Both the position numbers and the translations under genes were made by a program. The notes beneath the pieces were generated by a model, which was not told the DNA's origin, ran no database searches, and was given only the letters and a program-made list of their open reading frames with translations. A stretch of DNA of 62,207 nucleotides, from the NCBI GenBank assembly GCA_016196125.1, contig JACPYG010000005.1, positions 1-62,207 of the forward strand, in the 5' to 3' direction. The stretch is from Candidatus Staskawiczbacteria bacterium (GTDB lineage Bacteria > Patescibacteriota > Minisyncoccia > Minisyncoccales > Staskawiczbacteraceae). Within the stretch, counting starts at the first letter, position 1, and each line of letters begins with the position of its first letter. This document shows, piece by piece, positions 37,999-46,506 of the stretch.

Positions 37999-40900
37999 CT
38001 ATTTTTTCTTAACAAATCCTGTGCCTACCGGAATAAGTTTTCCGATAATTACGTTTTCTTTGAGACCGCGCAGTTTGTCTTCTTTGCCTTCAAGCGCCGC
38101 CTTAATCAAAACTCTGGAAGTTTGCTGGAATGAAGCCGCCGATAAAAATGACTCGGAAGCCAAAGCAACTTCGGAAATTCCCAATAATATCTGCGCTCCG
38201 GTTGGAGGTTTTTTGCCGGCTTTCTTTAACCTGTCAACTTCTTCGCCAAATACCCCCCCCTCAATAACCTCGCCTGTTAACCACAAACTATCGCCTTCTT
38301 CTCTTATTCTCATTCTGGAAAACATTTTCTGAATAATAACTTCTATGTGTTTGTCGTGAATATCAACGCCTTGAGAAGAATAAATCTTTTGGACTTCTTT
38401 TAAAATATATTTTTGAGTTTCTTCCAATCCTGCCGATCTGTACATTTTTTTCAAATCTAAGTTTCCGCCGCAAAGGGCCTGATTTTCTTTAACTTCATCT
38501 CCTTCTTTAACCAAAATAGCAATTCTGTTGGGAATTTTGTATTCAATGGCAGGCGGCTTTTTAGCAGATTTTTTAGAAGCAGGCTGAATTGTTATAATTC
38601 TTTTTTCTTCGTCAATCTTTAAAACCTTGCCTTCTGCCAATGTCATTACGGCTTCGCCTTTCGGAGCTCTTGATTCAAAAATTTCTTCAATTCTTGGCAA
38701 ACCCTGCGTAATATCGCCAGCCCCCACAACACCTCCCAAGTGATGAGTTCTTAATGTGAGCTGTGTGCCTGGTTCGCCAATTGCCTGGGCGGCCACAACC
38801 CCAACCGCTTCACCCAATTTTACCAAACTGTTTCTGCCTAAATCCCAGCCATAACAATTTTGGCAAATTCCCGATTTATTTTTACAGCTCAAAGGAGAAC
38901 GCACCTGAACTCTCTCAACTTCGGCCTTGCTAATTTCATAAGCTGTCTTCCAATCAATAAATTCCCCTTTTTTCACAAAAGTATTTTTATCTTTTACTAC
39001 ATCTACCACATCTTCCAAACAATATCTTCCAACTATTTTAAAAACAAAATCTTGCTCTATTGCTTCGGCATCTTTTCTAAAAACAGTAATGCCTATTTTA
39101 TCGCCACAATCATCTTCGTTCACTATGACATCATGGCTTACATCAATAAGACGCCTTGTTAAGTATCCTGCAGAAGAAGTTCTCAAAGCAGTGTCGGCAG
39201 TTCCTTTTCTGGCTCCATGAGTAGAAATAAAATATTCTAAAACATTGAATCCTTCTGCAAAAGATGATTTCACCGGCAACTCAATAATATCACCTGCGGG
39301 ATTATTCACCAAACCTTTCATGCCGGCCATCTGCACCGGTTGGGCCCAAGTGCCCCTGGCTCCGGCATTAATAATAGACAATACCGGCCCGTCTTCAGGC
39401 AAAGTAGTTTTTAATAATGCTTCAAGTTTTGTTTTTACCGATTGCCAAACTAAAATCTTCTGCGAAGTTTTTTCTTCATGCGAAAGCAATCCTTTTTTAA
39501 AGTGATTATCAATTTCTTGCACTTCTTTTTCCGCTTCGTGTATTAACTGCTTTTTTTCTTGAGGCACTATCAAGTCATCCATGCCCCAGCTTATTCCAGA
39601 TAAAGTGCAATGTTCAAATCCAAGCACTTTAATTCTGTCTAAAAATGCCACAGACTCTTCGTTTGGATATTTTTCAATTATTTCTCTTACGAGCCCTTTT
39701 AACCCTTTGTTATCTATTAATTTATTTACATACGAATGGGATTTGGGCAAACTGGTATTTAGAATAATTCTGCCGACGCTTGTTTCTATTAATTCCATTT
39801 CAGTCGCCTTGGGATTTGGAACCCTTATTTTTTCATTTAATCCCAAAAATCCATATTCGTAAGCTGTGGTTGCCTCAAAACTGCTGGAATACACCTTTAA
39901 AGTTTTGGAATCTGCCAGCTTGCCCTGAGCAGTGTCGAAGGGTTCTTTTATCTTTGTTAAAAAATAACATCCCAAAGCAATGTCGCGGAATGGCCCGATT
40001 ACCGGGAGACCTGTGGCCGGCCTCAAAAGATTTAACGATGAAAGCATAATTTCTCTGGCTTCTTTTTGCGCTTCATCTGAAAGAGGCAAGTAAACTGCCA
40101 TCTGGTCGCCGTCGAAGTCGGCATTAAATGCTTCGCAAACAAATGGATGAAGCTTTATTGTTTCGCCTTCGGTTAGAACCGGCTGAAATGCCTGAATGCC
40201 AAGCCTATGAAGAGTTGGCGCTCTGTTTAATAAAACTAATTTGCTTTTTACTATTTCTTCCAATATAGCCCAGACTTCCGGGATTTTTTCTTCAATTAAT
40301 CTGGCGGCTCCCCTGATATTATAGGCCAATTCTTTATCTAAAATTCTTTTAATTACAAAAGGTTTAAAAATTTCCAGGGCTAACATTTTCGGCAAACCGC
40401 ACTGGGCAAAATGAAGTTCAGGACCCACTGCGATAACTGACCTGCCGGAATAGTCAACACGCTTGCCCAAAAGATTTTGTCGGAATCTTCCCTGTTTTCC
40501 CGCTAAGATTGCGGCTAAAGATTTTAATAACCTCTTTCCTCCGGTTGTAGCGGTAGTTGTCACCCCTTTTCTCATTTCATTGTCAATTAAGGCATCGACC
40601 GCCTCCTGTAGCATTCTTTTTTCATTTCTCACAATAACCGACGGCGCTGAAATTTCCAAAAGATATTTTAATCTGTTGTTTCTATTTATAACTCTTCTGT
40701 AAAGATCATTTAAATCAGAGGAGGCATATCTTCCGCCGTCCAATTGAACCATTGGCCGCAAATCCGGCGGCAACACCGGCAATACATCTATAAACATCCA
40801 TTCTGGCCTGATATTGGCCTCCAGCATTCCTTGGAAAACTTTTAATCTTCTTAAAACTTTCTTTTTCAAAGCTGGCGGAGTTTCTTCGCTTTCTTTTATT

Positions 40901-41592
40901 AGTTCTCCGATTGTCTTTTTTAAATCAACTTTAGAAAAAAGACTCCTGACCGCTTCGGCTCCAGTCCCCGCTTCAAATACTTCTCCGTATTTTAAGGATA
41001 AATTATGATAAGAAACTTCAGACAAAATAGAAAGAATCTTAATTCCCAAAACCTCTTCTTTGGCTTTTTCTCTGGCTTGTTTCAGCTCTTGTTTGGCTGA
41101 ATCGTTTTTTTCTCTTTTAACTTTTGTTTTATATTCTTGTTCAATGGCATCTAAGATTCTTGATCTTGCCTCGTCATCAATTTTAGTAACAATATACGAA
41201 GAAAAATAAATAACTTTTTCCAATTGCTGTGAAGATTTATCTAAAACTAAACCCATTCTTGATGGAACTCCTCTTAAAAACCAGATATGAGAAACCGGAG
41301 TGGCCAACTTAATATGGCCCATTCTTTCTCTCCTCACTGAAGACTTTGTAACTTCCACTCCGCACCTGTCGCAAACTACGCCTTTGTATCTTATCCTTTT
41401 ATATTTTCCGCAAGCGCATTCATAATCTTTTTCAGGTCCGAAAATTCTTTCATCAAAAAATCCGTCCTTTTCCGGTTTTTGAGTTCTGTAGTTTATTGTC
41501 TCCGGTTTTGTTACCTCGCCGTGAGACCACGATAAAATTTCCTCGGGAGAGGCCAATTTTATTCTTATCGATTCTAAATCTACTACTCGCAT
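37999..41592 (-). CDS. rpoC: DNA-directed RNA polymerase subunit beta'
   Basis: 'NADFDGDQM' catalytic loop, zinc-binding Cys clusters, 1197 aa. Confidence 0.97.
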   Translation of the reverse strand: MRVVDLESIRIKLASPEEILSWSHGEVTKPETINYRTQKPEKDGFFDERIFGPEKDYECACGKYKRIRYKGVVCDRCGVEVTKSSVRRERMGHIKLATPVSHIWFLRGVPSRMGLVLDKSSQQLEKVIYFSSYIVTKIDDEARSRILDAIEQEYKTKVKREKNDSAKQELKQAREKAKEEVLGIKILSILSEVSYHNLSLKYGEVFEAGTGAEAVRSLFSKVDLKKTIGELIKESEETPPALKKKVLRRLKVFQGMLEANIRPEWMFIDVLPVLPPDLRPMVQLDGGRYASSDLNDLYRRVINRNNRLKYLLEISAPSVIVRNEKRMLQEAVDALIDNEMRKGVTTTATTGGKRLLKSLAAILAGKQGRFRQNLLGKRVDYSGRSVIAVGPELHFAQCGLPKMLALEIFKPFVIKRILDKELAYNIRGAARLIEEKIPEVWAILEEIVKSKLVLLNRAPTLHRLGIQAFQPVLTEGETIKLHPFVCEAFNADFDGDQMAVYLPLSDEAQKEAREIMLSSLNLLRPATGLPVIGPFRDIALGCYFLTKIKEPFDTAQGKLADSKTLKVYSSSFEATTAYEYGFLGLNEKIRVPNPKATEMELIETSVGRIILNTSLPKSHSYVNKLIDNKGLKGLVREIIEKYPNEESVAFLDRIKVLGFEHCTLSGISWGMDDLIVPQEKKQLIHEAEKEVQEIDNHFKKGLLSHEEKTSQKILVWQSVKTKLEALLKTTLPEDGPVLSIINAGARGTWAQPVQMAGMKGLVNNPAGDIIELPVKSSFAEGFNVLEYFISTHGARKGTADTALRTSSAGYLTRRLIDVSHDVIVNEDDCGDKIGITVFRKDAEAIEQDFVFKIVGRYCLEDVVDVVKDKNTFVKKGEFIDWKTAYEISKAEVERVQVRSPLSCKNKSGICQNCYGWDLGRNSLVKLGEAVGVVAAQAIGEPGTQLTLRTHHLGGVVGAGDITQGLPRIEEIFESRAPKGEAVMTLAEGKVLKIDEEKRIITIQPASKKSAKKPPAIEYKIPNRIAILVKEGDEVKENQALCGGNLDLKKMYRSAGLEETQKYILKEVQKIYSSQGVDIHDKHIEVIIQKMFSRMRIREEGDSLWLTGEVIEGGVFGEEVDRLKKAGKKPPTGAQILLGISEVALASESFLSAASFQQTSRVLIKAALEGKEDKLRGLKENVIIGKLIPVGTGFVKKK

Positions 41593-41684
41593 GAATTTAT
41601 GAGTTTGGCGAATAAATTCACCCTGAGCCCAAGCGGGCGAAGGATACGCTTATTCTAAATTTTTAATTTTAATTATTATTTGCT

Positions 41685-41789
41685 TTATAAAATTAACTGA
41701 TAAGCAAAAGCGCCGCCAAAGGTAACCACTGCCGTTAAAATAATAATTGCAATACCCGTTAACGATGAAATCTCTTTTTGTTTTTGCAT
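41685..41789 (-). CDS. possible 34-aa single-TM peptide between rpoB and rpoC
   Basis: My own translation: MQKQKEISSLTGIAIIILTAVVTFGGAFAYQLIL*. Below the ORF-track length cut-off and no RBS checked. Confidence 0.25.
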   Translation of the reverse strand: MQKQKEISSLTGIAIIILTAVVTFGGAFAYQLIL

Positions 41790-41827
41790 AATTTTTTTAT
41801 TAATAATATTTTACCTGGCGAAAAAGT

Positions 41828-44800
41828 TTACTTATTTTTTTCTTCTCTTATTTTTTCTTTTACTTCAACCGCCATTCCCAAAGATTTTAATTCGGCCACC
41901 AATAAATTAAACGAGGCCGGAATATTCGGGTTTCTTATAGGTTCTCCTTTTAATATGGCTTCGTAGGTCGCGGCTCTGCCCATAACATCGTCTGATTTAA
42001 TGGTTAACATTTCTTGCAAAGTATGGGCCACACCGTATCCCTCCAATGCCCAAACTTCCATTTCTCCAAATCTCTGGCCTCCAAACTGGGCTTTTCCGCC
42101 AAGCGGCTGTTGGGTGATTAAAGAGTATGGACCGATAGACCTGGCATGAACCTTGTCGTCAACCATGTGAATCAACTTCATTATATACATATAGCCAACA
42201 GTAATTTGCCCCGGAAAAGGAAGTCCTGTTTTGCCATCGTACAAAGTTGTCTGGCCCGATTCGGGAAGTCCGGCCTCTTTTAGCTCTCTTTTAATGTCTT
42301 CTTTGTCAGCTCCCAATAATGCGGGAGAAATTGCTATGTAATTTAATTTCTTGGCAGCCCAGCCAAGATGCGTTTCCAGTATCTGGCCGATATTCATTCT
42401 TGATGGAACGGACAAAGGAGACAGCACCAAATCAATCGGAGTGCCATCGGCCAAATATGGCATTTCTTCTTGCGCCAATATTTTTGAAACAACGCCTTTG
42501 TTTCCATGACGGCCAACCAGCTTATCTCCGACTTTTACTTTTCTTGTTTCGGCAATTTCAACCTGAATTTTTTTTATAACTCCCGGTTCTAATTTATGGC
42601 CGAGTTCCCTTGAAAATATTTTAACATTAATCACTTTTCCTTTTTTACCATGTTCCATCCTCAAAGAACTGTCTTTGACATCTTTGACTTTTTCTCCGAA
42701 AATTGCCCTTAATAATCTTTCTTCCGGAGTTAATTCCGCCTCTCCTTTTGGAGAAATTTTTCCAACCAAAATATCATTAGGGCCCACTTCGGCTCCAACC
42801 CTGACTATTCCCTCTTCGTCTAAATCTTTTAACTTTTCTTCGCCAACATTAGGTATATCAGAAGTTGTGACTTCCGGCCCCAGCTTTGTTTCTCTTACAT
42901 CGCAGGTAAAATCTTCTATATGAATTGACGTGAAATCATCATTTCTCACTAATTTCTCTGAAATAGTAATAGAATCTTCAAATCCTCCTCCTCTTAGAGG
43001 CAGTAAACAAACTAAAATATTTCTTCCTAAGGCCAATCTGCCTTCAGAAATAGCGGCTCCGTCGGCTAAAATATCTCCCTTTTTAAATTCTTCGCCTTTT
43101 TTTACTATCGGTCTTTGGTGGAAACAAGAATATTGGTTAGTTCTTATGAATGTTTGGAGCTCATAATTTTCTTCAACTTTTTTAGACCCCTGGTCATACA
43201 GCGCCAAAATATGCCGGGAATCTACTTCTTTTATAACACCGGGATATTTTGCCAATATTACTTGCCCTGAATCCCTGGCAACATTTCTCTCAACGCCAGT
43301 TCCGACTAAAGGAACTTCTGGCATTAATAAAGGAACCGACTGGCGCTGCATGTTCGACCCCATAAGAGCTCTTGAAGCGTCATCGTTCTGTAAAAATGGA
43401 ATCAAGGAAGCCGCAACTGAAATAAATTGTTTTGAAGAAACATCGGCATAGTCTACTTTGGAAATTTCAGTTTCCGCAGGCTCGCCTTTCACTCTTGCTT
43501 CAACTTTGTTTGGCGGGACTTCGGGAAGTATATTGCCTTTGTCGTCTAATGGAACCGAAGCAGTGATAATAATAAACCTTTCTTCCTCTTGCGCTGAAAG
43601 ATAATGGACCTCATCGGTTATTTTTCCGTTTTTTACTTTAAAATATGGCGTCTCGATAAATCCATATGGATTGACGCGGGCAAAAGAAGCCAAATGGCCG
43701 ACTAATCCAACATTAGGCCCTTCTGGTGTTTCAATAGGGCAAATTCTGCCATAGTGAGAAGGCTGCACATCCCTGACTTCAAAACCGGCCCTCTCTCTTG
43801 TCAGTCCGCCCGGTCCGGTAGTGGTAAGCCTTCTTTTATGCTCTAATTCTGCCAAAGGATTTTCGTTGTCCATAAACTGGGAAAACTGGGAAGAAGTGTA
43901 GAATTCTTTGACAACCGCCATTAAAGGCCTTGGGTTTATAAGCTGAATCGGAGTTATGGTAGTCGGATCTAAGGTAGACATTTTGTCTTTAATGATTCTT
44001 TCCATTCTCATCATTCCCACTCTTAACCTATTTTGTAAAAGTTCAGATAATGTTCTTACTCTTCTGTTTCCCAAATGGTCAACTTGGTCGGCTTTTGCAT
44101 CGGGATCATTGTTTAACCTGATTACTTCTTTTACAACCTCCACAATATCAGCTAACTTTAAAATTCTATCGTCTTTTGAAATATCTTTATCGGCGCTTTT
44201 TTTATCCGGCCGCCCTTGGCGAGCCTCGCTTTCGGCGGGAGCCAAATTCGGCAATCTTTGCCATGTTTTCCATCTGCCGACTTTTGACAAATCATATCTG
44301 TCAAAATTAAAAAACATATTAAAAATCAAATCCTGCGCAGTGTCGGGGGTAACCAAATCTCCCGGCCTCAGCCTTCTATAAACTTCCACCAAAGCTTCTT
44401 TTTGGTCTTTGCAGGTATCTCTTTTTAACGTTTCTTTAATGTATTGTATTTCTCCTTTGTCTGCATCTTTAAATTCTTTTTCAACTTTTTCCAAGGTGTC
44501 CAGTCCCAAAGCTAAAAGCAAGGTGGTTGCCGGCACCTTTCTTTTACGATTAATTTTTACTCCTATAAAACCGGACTCTTCTGTTTCAAATTCCAGCCAT
44601 GCTCCCCTGTTCGGAATAATTTTTGCGCCGAAATAATTTTTTCCGCGAAAAGAACGCGCAGTAAAAAATGCCCCCGGCGACCTGATAAGCTGGGAAACAA
44701 CAACTCTTTCTACCCCATTTACAACAAAAGTCCCGTTTTCCGTCATTAACGGAAAATCAGCGAGAAAAACTTCCTGTTCTTTCACTTCCTTAGTTCTGCG

Positions 44801-45088
44801 ATTAATTAATCTGACTTTAACTCTTAAAGATGATTCCAGGCTATCGTTATTTCTTTTTGCCTCTAGGCCATTTTTATAATTCGGCTTGCCCAATTTGTAA
44901 TCCAAAAACCAAAGTTCAAATTCCTTTTCCGTGTAATCTATAATTGGAGAAATTTCTGAAAGAAGCTCTTTTACCCTAACCTGCCAAAAATCCTCCCATG
45001 TTTCCCTTTGCATCTGCAAGAGATTGGGCATAGAAAAAGAGAGCTTGGATTTAGAGAAATTTTTTACTTTATGGATAGTACCTGCCAT
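41828..45088 (-). CDS. rpoB: DNA-directed RNA polymerase subunit beta
   Basis: 'GRHGNKGV', 'FGEMEVWALE', rifampicin-cluster region. Track start 45103 (MFHSN) lies in the leader repeat, so M6 is used. Confidence 0.97.
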   Translation of the reverse strand: MAGTIHKVKNFSKSKLSFSMPNLLQMQRETWEDFWQVRVKELLSEISPIIDYTEKEFELWFLDYKLGKPNYKNGLEAKRNNDSLESSLRVKVRLINRRTKEVKEQEVFLADFPLMTENGTFVVNGVERVVVSQLIRSPGAFFTARSFRGKNYFGAKIIPNRGAWLEFETEESGFIGVKINRKRKVPATTLLLALGLDTLEKVEKEFKDADKGEIQYIKETLKRDTCKDQKEALVEVYRRLRPGDLVTPDTAQDLIFNMFFNFDRYDLSKVGRWKTWQRLPNLAPAESEARQGRPDKKSADKDISKDDRILKLADIVEVVKEVIRLNNDPDAKADQVDHLGNRRVRTLSELLQNRLRVGMMRMERIIKDKMSTLDPTTITPIQLINPRPLMAVVKEFYTSSQFSQFMDNENPLAELEHKRRLTTTGPGGLTRERAGFEVRDVQPSHYGRICPIETPEGPNVGLVGHLASFARVNPYGFIETPYFKVKNGKITDEVHYLSAQEEERFIIITASVPLDDKGNILPEVPPNKVEARVKGEPAETEISKVDYADVSSKQFISVAASLIPFLQNDDASRALMGSNMQRQSVPLLMPEVPLVGTGVERNVARDSGQVILAKYPGVIKEVDSRHILALYDQGSKKVEENYELQTFIRTNQYSCFHQRPIVKKGEEFKKGDILADGAAISEGRLALGRNILVCLLPLRGGGFEDSITISEKLVRNDDFTSIHIEDFTCDVRETKLGPEVTTSDIPNVGEEKLKDLDEEGIVRVGAEVGPNDILVGKISPKGEAELTPEERLLRAIFGEKVKDVKDSSLRMEHGKKGKVINVKIFSRELGHKLEPGVIKKIQVEIAETRKVKVGDKLVGRHGNKGVVSKILAQEEMPYLADGTPIDLVLSPLSVPSRMNIGQILETHLGWAAKKLNYIAISPALLGADKEDIKRELKEAGLPESGQTTLYDGKTGLPFPGQITVGYMYIMKLIHMVDDKVHARSIGPYSLITQQPLGGKAQFGGQRFGEMEVWALEGYGVAHTLQEMLTIKSDDVMGRAATYEAILKGEPIRNPNIPASFNLLVAELKSLGMAVEVKEKIREEKNK

Positions 45089-45154
45089 GTTACTATGGAA
45101 CATAAAACAAACGACGACGGTTTTGTTATGTGTTCTATGTTATGTGTTATGTGA
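45086..45154 (-). repeat. leader heptad-repeat hairpin L4 (abuts rpoB start codon)
   Basis: Plus strand catgttactatggaacataaaacaaacgacgacggttttgttatgtgttctatgttatgtgttatgtg. Confidence 0.7.
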
Positions 45155-45196
45155 TTTTACAAATACAAAATACCCTGATTTAGTCTAGGGTATTAA

Positions 45197-45228
45197 GGGG
45201 TCAGGATTCAAACCAGAATCCTGACCCC
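45197..45228. other. 13-bp perfect hairpin in the rpoB 5' untranslated region
   Basis: ggggtcaggattc-aaacca-gaatcctgacccc. Confidence 0.5.
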
Positions 45229-45338
45229 TATTCGCTCTTTTTATAAAAACAAAAAATCGGTTTGCATTAAAAATTAACCGGATTAGGGGTTTATATTTTA
45301 GTTAGAGTAAAGTAAACACTTATTTTTAGTATAATCCC

Positions 45339-45366
45339 ATTATAGTTTTTAATAAAAAAATGTCAA
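45339..45366 (-). promoter_or_regulatory. near-consensus promoter for rpoBC
   Basis: Minus strand TTGACA-16 nt-TATAAT. The -35 is fused to the palindrome arm ctctaacgggtc. Confidence 0.55.
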
Positions 45367-45398
45367 GACCCGTTAGAGGTTTATATCTCTAACGGGTC
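45367..45398. repeat. short 'cccgttagag' palindrome
   Basis: gacccgttagag-gtttatat-ctctaacgggtc. Confidence 0.75.
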
Positions 45399-45408
45399 AA
45401 GCCCTATG

Positions 45409-46503
45409 CTATTTTCTCGCTTTTATTGACTGTAATATGCCAAGACCCAAAAATGTCCCAATTAATCCCGAACCTCCATAACTGACTAAAGGAAGATAAA
45501 TGCCGACAACCGGAAGCATTGAAAGATTCATCCCTATATTAATAACAGATTGAAATATTAAAACAATGGCAAAACCGGAAGCAAAAAGACGCGGGAAATT
45601 ATTTTGGGATTCAATTGCAATTTTCAATATCCGCCAAATTAAATTTATATAAAGCAGGAAAAAAATTGAGACTCCTAAAAATCCCCATTCTTCCGCAATA
45701 ACGGAAAAAATAAAATCCGTATGCGGCTCCGGCAAAAATCCATATTGAACTTGCGACCCCTTGCCCACTCCCTGGCCAAAAATCATTCCGGAACCTATCG
45801 TGATTTTAGATTGCGTCTGGCTCCAGGACCCGCCTAAGGGATTATAAGGAAATATAAAAGACAAAACCCTGTCTTTCTGATAATCTTTCAATAAAAAACT
45901 CCAGGCAAAACCGATTGCCAAAAGAGAGCATAGAAATAAAATCAAAAAATGTTTTACTTTAATGCCGGAAATAAGTAAAATACCGAGCCATATTGCAACT
46001 AATATAATGACTCCGCCCAAATCTGGCTTTAAAAAAATCATAAGGCAGGGCAGAAAAACATAAACCCCGGAAAAAACAATGTGCCTGAATTTATACATTT
46101 CAACATGCCTCATTGAAAAATATTTTGCCAATAAAATTATCAAAACTAATTTGGTCGGCTCAATAGGGTCAAAAGAAAAAAAACCCACTTTATACCATCC
46201 TTTGGTTCCCCTTATTTCCGGAGCAAAAAAGAAAAGACCCAACAATAAAAGAAGGCATATAAAATAAAGAATTAAAATTAAATAAGAATTATTTTTTAAA
46301 ACCCTGTAATCAAAAAAACTTATTAAAACCATAAGGGCTATGCCTGCCACAAAAAAAATAACCTGTTTTTCAAAATTAAAAAAATCGCCTTCCGGCAAAG
46401 AAGTGCTATAAATTGCCGTTAAACCAAAACCGGCGATTAATATTGCCGAAATTATCAGCCACCAGTCCAACTTTTTTAAATGGCTAAAAAAAACTCCCTG
46501 CAT
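45409..46503 (-). CDS. FtsW/RodA/SpoVE family peptidoglycan polymerase
   Basis: Ten-TM SEDS-like protein, 'PEPHTDFIF', 'LPLVSYGGS'. Confidence 0.88.
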   Translation of the reverse strand: MQGVFFSHLKKLDWWLIISAILIAGFGLTAIYSTSLPEGDFFNFEKQVIFFVAGIALMVLISFFDYRVLKNNSYLILILYFICLLLLLGLFFFAPEIRGTKGWYKVGFFSFDPIEPTKLVLIILLAKYFSMRHVEMYKFRHIVFSGVYVFLPCLMIFLKPDLGGVIILVAIWLGILLISGIKVKHFLILFLCSLLAIGFAWSFLLKDYQKDRVLSFIFPYNPLGGSWSQTQSKITIGSGMIFGQGVGKGSQVQYGFLPEPHTDFIFSVIAEEWGFLGVSIFFLLYINLIWRILKIAIESQNNFPRLFASGFAIVLIFQSVINIGMNLSMLPVVGIYLPLVSYGGSGLIGTFLGLGILQSIKARK

Positions 46504-46506
46504 ATT

